Shown here: piece by piece, positions 27,601 to 39,600 of the stretch
Numbering within the stretch: position 1 is the stretch's first letter
Layout of the letters: every line of letters starts with the position of its first letter
Notes under the pieces: model-generated
Seen by the model: the letters and a program-made list of their open reading frames with translations, nothing else
What the model was told of the DNA's origin: nothing
Database searches by the model: none
Position numbers and translations under genes: made by a program
From: Paraspadella gotoi
Lineage: Eukaryota > Animalia > Chaetognatha
Length of the DNA: 64,000 bases
Assembly (NCBI GenBank): GCA_051294375.1
Contig: CM119267.1
Span: 4,571,885-4,635,884 of the forward strand
Reading direction: 5' to 3'

Positions 27601-30600
27601 GAGCTTATTCAGTAAGTCGTATAACTAGCTATTAGTATTAGCGGATGCAGATAATCCAAGTTTGTAGAGTAAACTCCTACGAATTAAGGATATGTTCCGG
27701 AAACTTTTATCATTATAAGATAGATTTTCCATCCTTTTAAAAATCGGGATCTAGTTGCGCCACAGAGCATCTGAATCTAGGGTCGATAACTGTGATGAGC
27801 TTTACAAGTTCGACTATACAAGTGCTTGTGGACAGGCACGTTCAAGAAATCTTAGCCTAACCTGCGGACACTCCTTAGCTATCTCTGCATATCTCACGTC
27901 TGTTGCGGTAGCACATCTCATGCTTACATTACCTAATTCATACACAGAACTCACAATCACCCCACCTACCTCGCCCTCACCTCGCCCTCCCACATGAGCG
28001 TAGTAATTTTAAGCTTTGGTGACTTTCCCGATGTTGGTGAGGACTCGAGATCCCTCCATCATTTGCAGTCAGCTGGACCGATGGCTGTTGTAGGCGCTTC
28101 CGAGACCAGGAGTTCGAGTGCATACTTATTCTCTCTCGCCTCGATGTCAATTTCGAAGTAATTCCTGTTTTGTTATGTTTATAGTTTAAGGTTGGTTTTT
28201 AATGCTCTCTTGCTACTAATATTTTCTACTAGCTCAACAACGGTGTACAATTCACAACCGCACGCCAATGACCAAAATTTAGTTTAAACTTACGAACTTG
28301 AATGGAACATTTTTGAATTTTCTTTGCTCGTATATTTGGACATATACGGTAAGAGACTTCAGTAAAAATCAAGCGGAGTAAGATTTGCGTAATAAACATG
28401 TATCACTCTTATGATGGCCTATCTTCCACATGTCACGAACGGAGTCCAACGAGACCTCTACCCATAACCACGAAGTCCTTCTGATTCCCCAAAACATAAA
28501 TTTGTGTCACCACCTTCGTAGACCGATCTCCACCCGAAGATTCATACATGTTCGAAACAACCCCTCACAAATATCTGCCCCTGGGTCCGTCTGTGGCATG
28601 ATAATTCCCCGAATTCTTCGGCGCTAGGTTTAAAAAGGTCGAAAGTTCGATCTCACACAAATAATAAATACAGATCAAAGGTTAAATAGAACCGAACATG
28701 AGGACAATTGTATACTTTACGAGATATGGTTGACGACCGTGACCGTGTCTCACTATGAAGTCCGATACCGTTTGTCAACTGCCGCTCTCGAAGCGTGGTG
28801 CCTGGCGGCCAGTGCCCCCGCTTTTAGTGTTGGAACTGAGGGGGATGGTGCGGGCGTGGGGCGCGGCAGCAGGCATCGCGAGGCTCCTCGATGGAGAACT
28901 AGTTCTGAGTGTGGGGTCACTTCCGAGCGTTGTGAAGACTCGAATGACAAGCGACTCCTGCGAACTGCCAGTCTCTCTTCTAGGCTGCTCAACGCCTGGT
29001 GCTTCCAAGAGTATCTGGTTTCGGATCGGAGCCCTCTGAGTCTTTTACGTTCTTCTTCCCCGCTCCCATCTAAGTCCCCACGCCTAACCGCAAATGCCCA
29101 TCCAACCCCGGCGCGCTCCCCAATCCCAACCTCCAGCTCCCTTTTGTTAACCCCAGCGGATGCCAACTCTGGAGCATTCTTGCTTCCGGGTCGGTCTGGA
29201 CTCTCCTCAAATCGTTGAATTGTGTGCGCCTGCAGGGAGATGACTCGGCGTGCGTTCCCTAGCTGGTTGCCAGGACGGCGTGGTCCGCGCCAGCATGTGC
29301 TTGAGACCGTCCACGTGGGTGATTGTACTTTTCCTCCCGCACGCGCACGATCAGTCTTGGCCAAGTCCGGTCATCCTGCTCGCACATTACGCGCATTGCC
29401 CCTTCTTGACAACTCTTGCTCGTGTCTCCCTGCACGATCTCGATGATCATAAGGGAAGCAAGTTCCCGGAAGAGTCGGAAAGCATCGGTACAGAAGCAAC
29501 TATCACGTACTCTGACTTCTCCTGCGAAGGACACCAGGCGGCTCAACCTCGGGCGGGTCATCGAGGCTGCGGGTTCATACGACAGCGCTAATGCTTCCAC
29601 TTCGAACAATATGAGAATGAGAACTCAGGATGAGATTACTGAGAGAAGTCGATACCCCGACGACATTGTTGACTAAATCCATTCCTGTGGTTGACCAACG
29701 AAAATTTTGTACGAATTTTCTCCTAAATGTCACGAGCAAACAGCGACAACCAAAAGAGAGGAACAGAAAACACGCAGTGCTAAAACGCTATAATATTGTG
29801 AATTTTACAGTCAGATCCCTTTAAGATACCTCTTTAACTACATTCTTTCCTGCGCCACATGATCCAGTACTCTCGAGCCTCTCCATCCTCTCTTCATGTG
29901 CCACCCTCCTTCTCGCCGACCAACAAGCTCACCCGTGCTCCCCCGCACGGGTCAGAACATCGCGCGCTCGCGCGCGACTTGGCCGTAGCCGGAGAGACCG
30001 CGGGGGAGCAGGCGCCGACCCGCCAACGCCCAAACCGTGTCCATCCGCCGCCAAGATCCGACATTGAGGAGGCCGGGACAGGTACGCTCACGTGAGTCGG
30101 GACCATCGAGGGACGAGAGAGTGAGCGCTGGACTCCTCGAGAAATCGCGCAGTGAGTCGCGACCGACGCTTGAGGTATTTGACGCGGGGACTGGAGAGTG
30201 GGAGAAGGAGGCAAAAATGTCGGTCAGAAAGAGAAATGAGGTGATAGTCAACACTAAATCATAATAAAAACTACAATCAACCAAAACAATAAAATTCAAC
30301 ACGCACAAAATCAATTTAAAACATGCTGGTAGTGGAATAACAAAAAGCCTTACCGCTCGGGGCTGGTTCCGATCTTTTTGTATTAATAACAGGAAAAAAG
30401 ACGAGTGGATTCAACAATGATTTGAACTACATAAAAAACGAAGTAGAGCGGAGGCTGATTAATAAGAGGGGATCGCCAGAAGCGAGTGACCGGAAGAAGA
30501 GATGGGTAGGATTCGCAAATCTCGACCAGAATTTCGGAGGGAGTTACTGTAGGAGGTAATGCGGGTCAACACATTCTATGTAACAGGCTACGAGGACCGA

Positions 30601-33600
30601 GTCCATTTCGTATGCATGGATGACGGCCATATGTTTATCTACGGGGAAAACGGAACAATAGAATTTGAAACATTTTTTTTCGCAATGAGTCCATAAACGT
30701 ACTCTCTGAACAAAAAATTCATTCCATAAAGAAAGAGGACAAACGGAATATTTACATTCAAAAGATTAGTAATAGCCTCGGGAAAATTCATCGTTCTAAC
30801 AATATGCATAATGAGTTTAACAGACAAGATTTCGAAACATCGAGAGTTAATCTTCCCTTTTTCGCGTTCTACAGTTATTATGGTATAATATTTATGCTTT
30901 ATATTTTCAGTAGAGTAAATGTATAATTATATTTCTTTTTATGTTTCTTGCCTTCCTTTTCACGTTCATACAGTTTATTTTATTTATATAATTTTCTTTT
31001 TTATTACAGGTTAATAATATATAGTTTCTGTTTTTCTTATTAGTTCTGGGCGCTTCAAAAATTATTACCTTTCTGGAAATCTGTTATCTTATTATAATAT
31101 CATAGGACAAATATTAAACTACCTAGTTAAAACCAAAACACAAGACTAACACCTGTCAGTAAATCAAATCAATCTTCTTCTCTCTAAAGTCTCTCGATCC
31201 CTGTGTGGTTCTGCTACTTGTACTCTTTGCCATGTGCAAATGTATCTGGAATCCGATGAACGTGGATTGTGTGGAAACGTTGTTAGGTTGATGTCGGACA
31301 GGGAAAGATGACTCTCCGTCAAATTTAGAATAATGGGTGATATAGCCAGATGAGCCTGAACCGGAGGGTGGTTCTTGTGGCAGCGGGCTCCATTGCAGGA
31401 TTCCTTGAAGGGGCGTCCATCTTTTCGACCTCCTTGCGGCTAATTGACAAGAGATAGGATTTGTCATGTTTGGAAATTCAATTCATCACTGAGGCGATAT
31501 GAATCGCCTCGCAAGGAGGACCTCTGTAATGGTAATTGGAATATAGCCGGCTTGTAAACAAAGCCAGAAAAAAAAAAAGAAAATGTCGTTCACCATAATT
31601 TTCTTTTTTTAAATTCTCGTCGGATAATGAAAACATTTCAAGGGACCTATTCTGATACTTTAACGGCGACTTCTCGTACTGCCGTAGTGCTGACGTAAGG
31701 GCGTAGACATAGTGTCTACTGCGGTATTCTCGCGTACTGCGTAGTGCGTACTGCGTTGTAATGTGTTATACATCAGTCATAGACGGGGGTCTTAATGTTT
31801 CCCGCGATATTTTAGGGATTAGATGATTTAGTCGAATTATAAAATCTTAATAGGACTTATATAATAAAATAAATAAAAATGAAGCTTTTTATGGATTTAT
31901 GATAGATATTTTATTAATTGTAAGCGCGCAAGAAAAAGAGCGTCTACGATTCTTTATTAGGATTAGAGTTTTGGAAGATTATATCAATAAGCCGAAGGAG
32001 GAAATAACGAGGCTGCTAATTGTTCTCTTCTTTTTTGTATTGCCTTTTAAATAATAAGATTTAGCCTCCCATAGAGTTGGAATATCCATTCTATAATAGC
32101 ATATCGCATTTCGGCTCGCTGCGTGTTTTTATTGTTCAGGGTAGAATGCTCCCGCCATGCCAACTCTCCACTCTGGGTGGCGGCCGCGATGTCTGATGCA
32201 CCGCGCGAGAAAGGCAAAATATTGTTTATTCCATATTCATCAAGACTTCACCTTGATGTGGCTGTGGGGAAAGGACATTATGAACGAGAGCCATAGGCGG
32301 GACATTAGGATGACGCAAGAAGGCGACCCTGACTCGGGAGATCAAAGCTCTTCAGCGCTGGAAGACCAGAACCGCAAGAAAGAGACCGTCGATTGAATGA
32401 AGATTCTGTACGAAATGAATTGCTTTGACGTTTCGGTTGTCTGAGCAGTGAATGAAATTTCAGAAACAGCTTTTTGAAACCTGCATTCCATGAGGTATCA
32501 GAAGAAAAGTATAGAAAACCCTACATTCTCAAAGATTCGATCACCGCGATGCGCCCACGAAATCTGAGATGTATATGTAACGCAGGTATGGAAGGAAGAA
32601 GGTCGGAAAGAAGAAAGGGTCCCTTGGCGATTGAAATCGGACGAAATTCCATAAAGCGACCAAAAGGAGAATCAGGGTTAAAAATGAACGCATTTTGGTG
32701 ACTCGAATGGAACCGCAGCCTCCGACGATGAACCTGCGTCCCAAAAGAATCCTTTCACTTAATACAGTGAAAGAAAGCACTACCGAATCGTCGTAAGAGT
32801 CGATACGCGATCGCCATTATGAGATCGAACAGGTCGTCGGCTGCCTTCTTCTAAGCATTCTAAGTAAATTGATTAAGTAGAAGAATAGATGAGAATAAAA
32901 GAAAAAAGAAAAGAAACGAGAAATACGATATACAGGAAAAGAATATAGCAAGACTCCAAAGAGACTAAAAATGTAACAGTTTATTTGTTTTGAATATGTG
33001 TAATAGGTTGTTAACAACGCGTAGAATAAAAAAAGAAATCTACGACTAAATCGATGCTGAATAAGTAGAATTAGTATGCTTTTTTAAGATAAAGAAAAGA
33101 ATATAGAGAGTAGGTAAAACTTATTTAAATTACAAATCTACACGACATCTACATTCCTTTGTGACGAAGAGTTTCACCAACAGTCAGCTCCATGAGTTCA
33201 GTTTAATTGCACCACTTTTCGTCTAATATTCATTCCTACCTCCTCCTCCCTCTCTTCTCTCTCTCTCTCGTCCTTCCTGCTACTCTCTCTCTCTCCTCTC
33301 TCTCTCTCACTTCTCTCTCCTTCTTATATGCGACAAAATTAATTGACGTTCTGATGTCGTTAGGTACTGTCTCGGAATAGGCCATATGGACCACAACCGT
33401 CAACCCTCTTCGAGGGACCGTCCTCGATGTCGCTTCGCGACTACTCCCGTCACGCCTTCAGCTCACGGACCGAAGATGTATGTAGCAACTCCTGCACCAG
33501 CACCTCTTTAAGGGGGCGAGGGGCGGGGAGGGCGTCGGGGAGACCACTCGAACGGCAGTGACTGAATTACATAAGAGAACGTTAAAAACGGATCATGGGA

Positions 33601-36600
33601 AACTAAAACGACCATTAACGCAAAATTCTTCTGAATAAAACCGACTTTTTGAATGATTTCGCAACCTTCATACAAGAGTCTTGAATTTTCATTTTCTTTT
33701 AAGAGGGAATTGGAAACCCGGTGTTAACCCAAAATAGTTCCATTTCAAACGCAGGACTGCGGCTTTGGGCCTTCTTGTTCAAATAAAAATAATACTATTA
33801 CTATTTGTGTACGAACTTACGAAACTTTAATAATAAATACAATTTATGATGATGATGATGATGATGTTTATGAATTATATATATGGATGATTATGCATTG
33901 ATGGATGAATGATGGATCGATGATGATGATGCATATGCATGATAACTGATTGATTATAGACTTTGGATGACTGATGATGATGTCATGATTTGCCATCGCA
34001 CTGTTGATCGATGCTCGATATGATTGCATGTGATGATCTTACTGATGATATGATATCGCATATGAATGATATGATCGTCCTTCACTACTTTGAGCGGTCG
34101 AAAACACAATTCCTACAAATCAATCAGCCATGTAGTATCCAGTCGAATCCAGCTGTCGGGTCGAAAAGCACGTCTCTCTCCTGATCGTAATTCCCCATCC
34201 TGACTTGCAATATTGAATATTGATTATTGGATTGATTTGATTAATCGGACTCGACATGACTGGTGGATGCGGAGTAGATCGAGTGAAGTAGGAGTTTCAA
34301 GAACTTGTCGACAGAAGTGATGCGACGTAAATGTTTTCCATTGCGAGAAGCAGAACAGAAAGATAGACTTTCAAGAGTTGTGGATGAGTTGAGGTCATTA
34401 TGATTCGGAGTCGGAGTGTGGAGGTAAGGCGATTGTTGCAAGGTTATGGCTCTTAAAACATGTTATAAACTGTTGATAATCGAGTTCTTCACCGGACTCT
34501 TCTGCACGACGCTTCGACTCTTCGACTCGACTTCGCAAAGTTTCCCGCACAAGAGGTCCAACGGAGTTTTTTTCGGCCGTCGCGGAGCGATTGCGTTTCA
34601 CTGTCGTGAGCGGGGGATCCCTTTGGGGGGTGATGGAGAAGAAGAGTTGCGTTGTGGTAGTGCTTCGTGCGACATTGCGATTATCAGACAGGACGGAACA
34701 GAACAGGATAAAAAAGAGGACAAGCGAGCAACGAACGAAGACACAGGCAAGATTTAGAAAAAACCAAAAACAAAAACAAAAAGCAACGAGAAGCAAAGAT
34801 TCACACAAGAAAGAGATAAGCGTACGAAGCAGAAACAAAGAGACAGACAGGACTAAAGAGAGCAAGAGACGGTAAACCCTGGTAGTGGCGATTAAAGATT
34901 GGCGGTGCCTTGGCGACTTAGAGTGTGGTTGGAATAGACTGAGGGAGTAATGGAGATTGAGAATAAAGAAGAAAAAATGAGAGTAAAATAAACTAATGAC
35001 TGAAGAATGGAAAACGACCCTCCTCCATCGCCGCCCCCCTACTCCAACTCCCCCCTCCCCCACCTCCCTTTTCCCAAAGAGGACCATTGGAGATGACGAG
35101 TCCTGGAACCGTGATACCCTAGGCGGACCCTCTTCGACGAGTTCCCAAGCGATTCGCTCCATGTGAGTGGCACCATGCGTTCGTCGCGGGTTGCTAGTGA
35201 CGGGAGAATGATCCAAACCAGTGCGGAGGGCGTCATCATGGAGGGGTAGGGTCTCGATGACCACGTGGAAGTTCCCGCGTAAGGTGTATGTTTCTGTCGG
35301 CGGTGAGGAGAGGGGTCGGGTCGAGATTAGCGATTGAAGGGGATGAGGGGGAGAAGAGATTTTTGGAAGTGGTAGTTCGTAAGAGTAAGTTTCGGAAGGT
35401 TCGAATTCCCCGAAAAAAGGTGAAAATTGCCGAAGAGGAAAGCTCGTAACGTTTTTAAAAGTGATACATATTTAAAAAAATAATGTTTAACATTTTAGCA
35501 ATCTAAACTAAGAGGGAAAGAACTCTTGCTGCTACTAAAAAAATGGTAAATGTTTTTTTAAAAATTTAGTTTATATTTTGTATTAAACATTTAAGTTGAA
35601 TTTTTTTTTCCTTTTTTCAATTTTGTATATAATGTTTTCTTCGAGTCAAAACAAAAATTTGCTATATTATTCCGTCAATGATTTATAATATAACAGCAAG
35701 TGAATTTAGAGAAAAAAAAATTTTTTAAGCCTCACAGGAAACCCTCATAAGAGATCACAAATGTATATTCCCTATGAATTTCAAAGAGAAGACCTGAAAC
35801 AAATACTTAAGTGCCCTATATCTTTACCGCTTAAACGAACGAGATCTCTGCCTTACACATTCCGGCCCAGCGTCCTCACCTTAAATGGCCTCTCCAGCCG
35901 TTGGAGAGCGAAGCGAAACGTTGTCTTGGCTTTCCGTATGAAATTTGCTCAACTCCGATCCGATGATACTCGACAGTTCTGTGAACGACGACAGAGTCGG
36001 CACTTATTGAAGGACGCGACATGTACGCTCTTCACGCTGTCCGTAGGAGTTTGCTCGACCAACGCCACCTGAAAAGGGTTGACGCTTCCGGAATGGGTCA
36101 CGATTACATACGGGCCATTTGCCCACATGATATAATAAATAAAAATGTGTAGTTTGACAGCACTCATTTCTTAACGTGATTCAAAAAGGTTCGGGATGAG
36201 TTTCCTAATGTGGTTAAATCATCATGTGTCAAAAGCAGTATGAACCAATCCAAATCAATACAAATCAATCAATCAAAACCAATCAATCAATCAACTGCAG
36301 CCAATCAGTGAAATAAAATCATTTAGTGAAACCAAATTAATCAGGTTTCTTGAATTGTTTATTTCATCCAATCAATCACAGATCAATCAATTCATTCTCC
36401 CACTCCCAAACACTTAAATTGGCGTTTTACCTCATCGCCCGGCCAAAAAACAATCGATTCTCGGCCAGAGGCCGAATCCTTGCAGGCGTCCTTTCTTGAG
36501 TCGGCACTCCAAACGACGGGGAAGCCACTTGCTTCCTCCCACACCGGAGGACGAGTCTTCCAGGAGTCGATCAATTCGCGTGTTGCGGACGTTTCTGAGG

Positions 36601-39600
36601 GGGAGATTGAAAGTGAGAGCGAGAGAGCGAGAGAGAGAGAGAGAAAGAGAGAGAAGAAAGGATTGATTTAGAACACAAAAAGAATTAGGTCGAGCAAAAA
36701 GATTTCCTGAATGGGCAAGACCGTCAATGGGCATGGGAATGAATGGGAATAAAGAGGCGACTTAGTTTGAATATTTTAAACAATTTGAAACATTAAATAA
36801 TTTTAAATATTTTGAAAGTTACTTAGATGAGTACTTGTGAGATCGATAATTTTTATCGGGAACGACTATAGCAAAATAAAAAACAATAGACAATAAAAAT
36901 TTGGAGGATCCGGGTATCGATCCCGGTACTTCTCGCATGCTAAGCGAGCGCTCTACCATTTGAGCTAATCCCCCTTCCCACACTTTCTTAGCTCCCCCTG
37001 TCATTTGATTACTTTAATCAGATACTTAGATCAGATACTTTTACTGTTTTTATTTTTGCAAAAGGTTTTAATTTCCGGTTTTTACTAAGAATTTTGGTCA
37101 AACATAATTCAAGTTAGATATTCTAAAAATAAGAATGTGAATGTTTATAAAATAAGTCAAATTTTAATATTGCCACAATCAAGTTGGCTCGTTGGTCTAG
37201 GGGTATGATTCTCGCTTAGGGTGCGAGAGGTCCCGGGTTCAAATCCCGGACGAGCCCGTTTTTTTTGACAGCGTAATTAACTTTATGAAAATTAAAAGTA
37301 AATAAGTCGTTTTAAAATAAATATACAACGAAATCACAACTGGGTTATTAAATGTCGGTTAATAAAAAATTAAACTACCAATTAGATGCACATATTGAAC
37401 ATATTGCACACATTGCATATATAGCATCGGTGGTTCAGTGGTAGAATGCTCGCCTGCCACGCGGGCGGCCCGGGTTCGATTCCCGGCCGATGCAGTACTT
37501 TTATCAAACTATAAAACAATAATTAAAAATAAACAATTATATTGTTTAAAATTCAAGCTCTGACAGTTGTCCTCGGTAGTATAGTGGTGAGTATCCTCGC
37601 CTGTCACGCGAGAGACCGGGGTTCGATTCCCCGCCGGGGAGGGCATATTCATTTTCATACCTTTTTTCTTGTTTATTGGATTTTTAAGATTTTCAAGATC
37701 AACCGATAAGGTTGAAATTTTTATTTTCAGAATTATATATTATATATATATATATTATATTATATATAACCTTTTTTTATATATTTGATTTTAATAAGCC
37801 AACCTTATTCATTTTTGCATGCACGATCGTGTACAATCTTTATAATTGTGAGAGAGGTGGTACCGTCAGCAGTTGTGGCCGAGTGGTTAAGGCGACTGAC
37901 TAGAAATCAGTTACGGTCTCCGTGCACAGGTTCGAATCCTGTCAACTGCGCAAAACTTTTTATTTTAGAAGCTGAAAAATTCTAAATCAAGAGAAAGAAA
38001 AAATAATTTAAAAAAAAAATCATTTTTTTCATTTCACTTCCATTTACGTAAAATTGAATTTTCGTTTCATTTATGAAATTGGTACAACCAATATAAAAAT
38101 TATCCATTCATTTAATAAATAATTATAGAATTTTTCTGACCAATGAACCAGATAAAAATTCAAGTGAAAAAACAAAAAGGTATTTAAAAAAATTTATCAA
38201 CTTATCGTAATTCGTTTCACTTCCGAAAGGAAGAATTGAGAAAATGAACTCTATGATTAGTGAGTTTGAGAATTAGTCACTGTTCTGATTTCAATCAGCT
38301 GGTGACCACCGATCGGTGTTTCATATTCACCGAATCCCGACGGGTCAAAGCGTTTCGCCGTTTTTCAATTCGTCCTGCGTCCAACGGCCCATCTTTTGTT
38401 TCGCAGTCTCTCGCATGAGTCACACCTTGCCATCCATTTCTTTTCCATAGAGTTTCGATTTGAACCGATTAGTCTTTATCAAACATTAAAATATGTTCCC
38501 GCCCGGGATCGAACCGGGGACCTTGCGCGTGTGAGGCGCACGTGATAACCGCTACACCACGAGAACACGTTGATTATCTTGCCAATTTGATCTTATTATT
38601 TTATATAATAGATTACAATTACGTTAAAATAATACAAAAATAATGCAAATATACAAGTGGGATTCAAAATGTTCCTTCCCAAGCGGGGATTCGAACCCCG
38701 GCCGCGGCGGTGAGTGCGCCGAATCCTAACCACTAGACCACATGGGAAGCTGATATATTCATCGTTTTTTCCCGTATAAAATAATTCGATCTTTCAGTAT
38801 TCGCGACATTTCACCTTCTCAATCAGGAATGGACGACATGAAGTCCTACAAGACAGAACTGACCAAATACGAAACGACCCGTTCGGACCTGGCCAACGCG
38901 GAGAAGCTCTTCGACCTGCCCATCACCATGTACCCCGACCTGCTTCAAGTGCAGAAGGACATGAAGGCTCTCGAGCAGATCTACGCTCTGTACGAGGAGC
39001 AGAATGTGAGTGGGTAGATGTGGGCTGGCGATGTGGGGAGAGAAGGAATGTGGTAAAAATGTGAGGAGGTACGATTATTGCATTTGTCCTTGGCCGGTTG
39101 ACTCATTAATTGTATACCACTTTTGATCAATCTTCCTCTAACTATCCTTGCCACTTTTAAGAAGTCTCTCTCTCNNNNNNNNNNTCTCTCTCTCAATCTT
39201 TGCACTGAACTTATCTTCTTCGTCCCTTACCCTCCCCCCCTTTTTTTTCCCCTCTCCCCCAGAAAGCCCGGTCGGAATGGGCGGAGACCCTGTGGGCCAA
39301 CCTGGACGTGCAGCATCTTCAAGACGGGATCGAGACTTTCTTGAAGCAGCTGCGTCGGCTGCCCCGCGACGTGAAGAGCATGCCCTCGGCCAAAGTCGTC
39401 GAGGAGAAGATGAGAGAATTCAAAGATTCCATTCCGCTTTTTCTCGATCTCAAGAACGAGGCGTTGAGGGAGAGGTGGGAGGTTGATGTTGTTGTTGTTG
39501 ATGTCGTGGTTGTTGTTGTTGTTGTTGTTGTGGCTGTCGCGTATCTGTTATTTATTGTAGCCTTTTTATCTCCTTAATTTTTTATATTGTTTAACAATTA

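Noticed and set aside
28730-35264. Novel-looking ORFs (e.g. 28753-29364, 34398-35264)
   Set aside because: Frameshifted translations of the noisy inverted DNAH10 copy
16700-36615. DNAH10 pseudogene copies or programmed frameshifting
   Set aside because: Indels are random, hit introns and tRNAs equally and differ between copies; best explained as read errors
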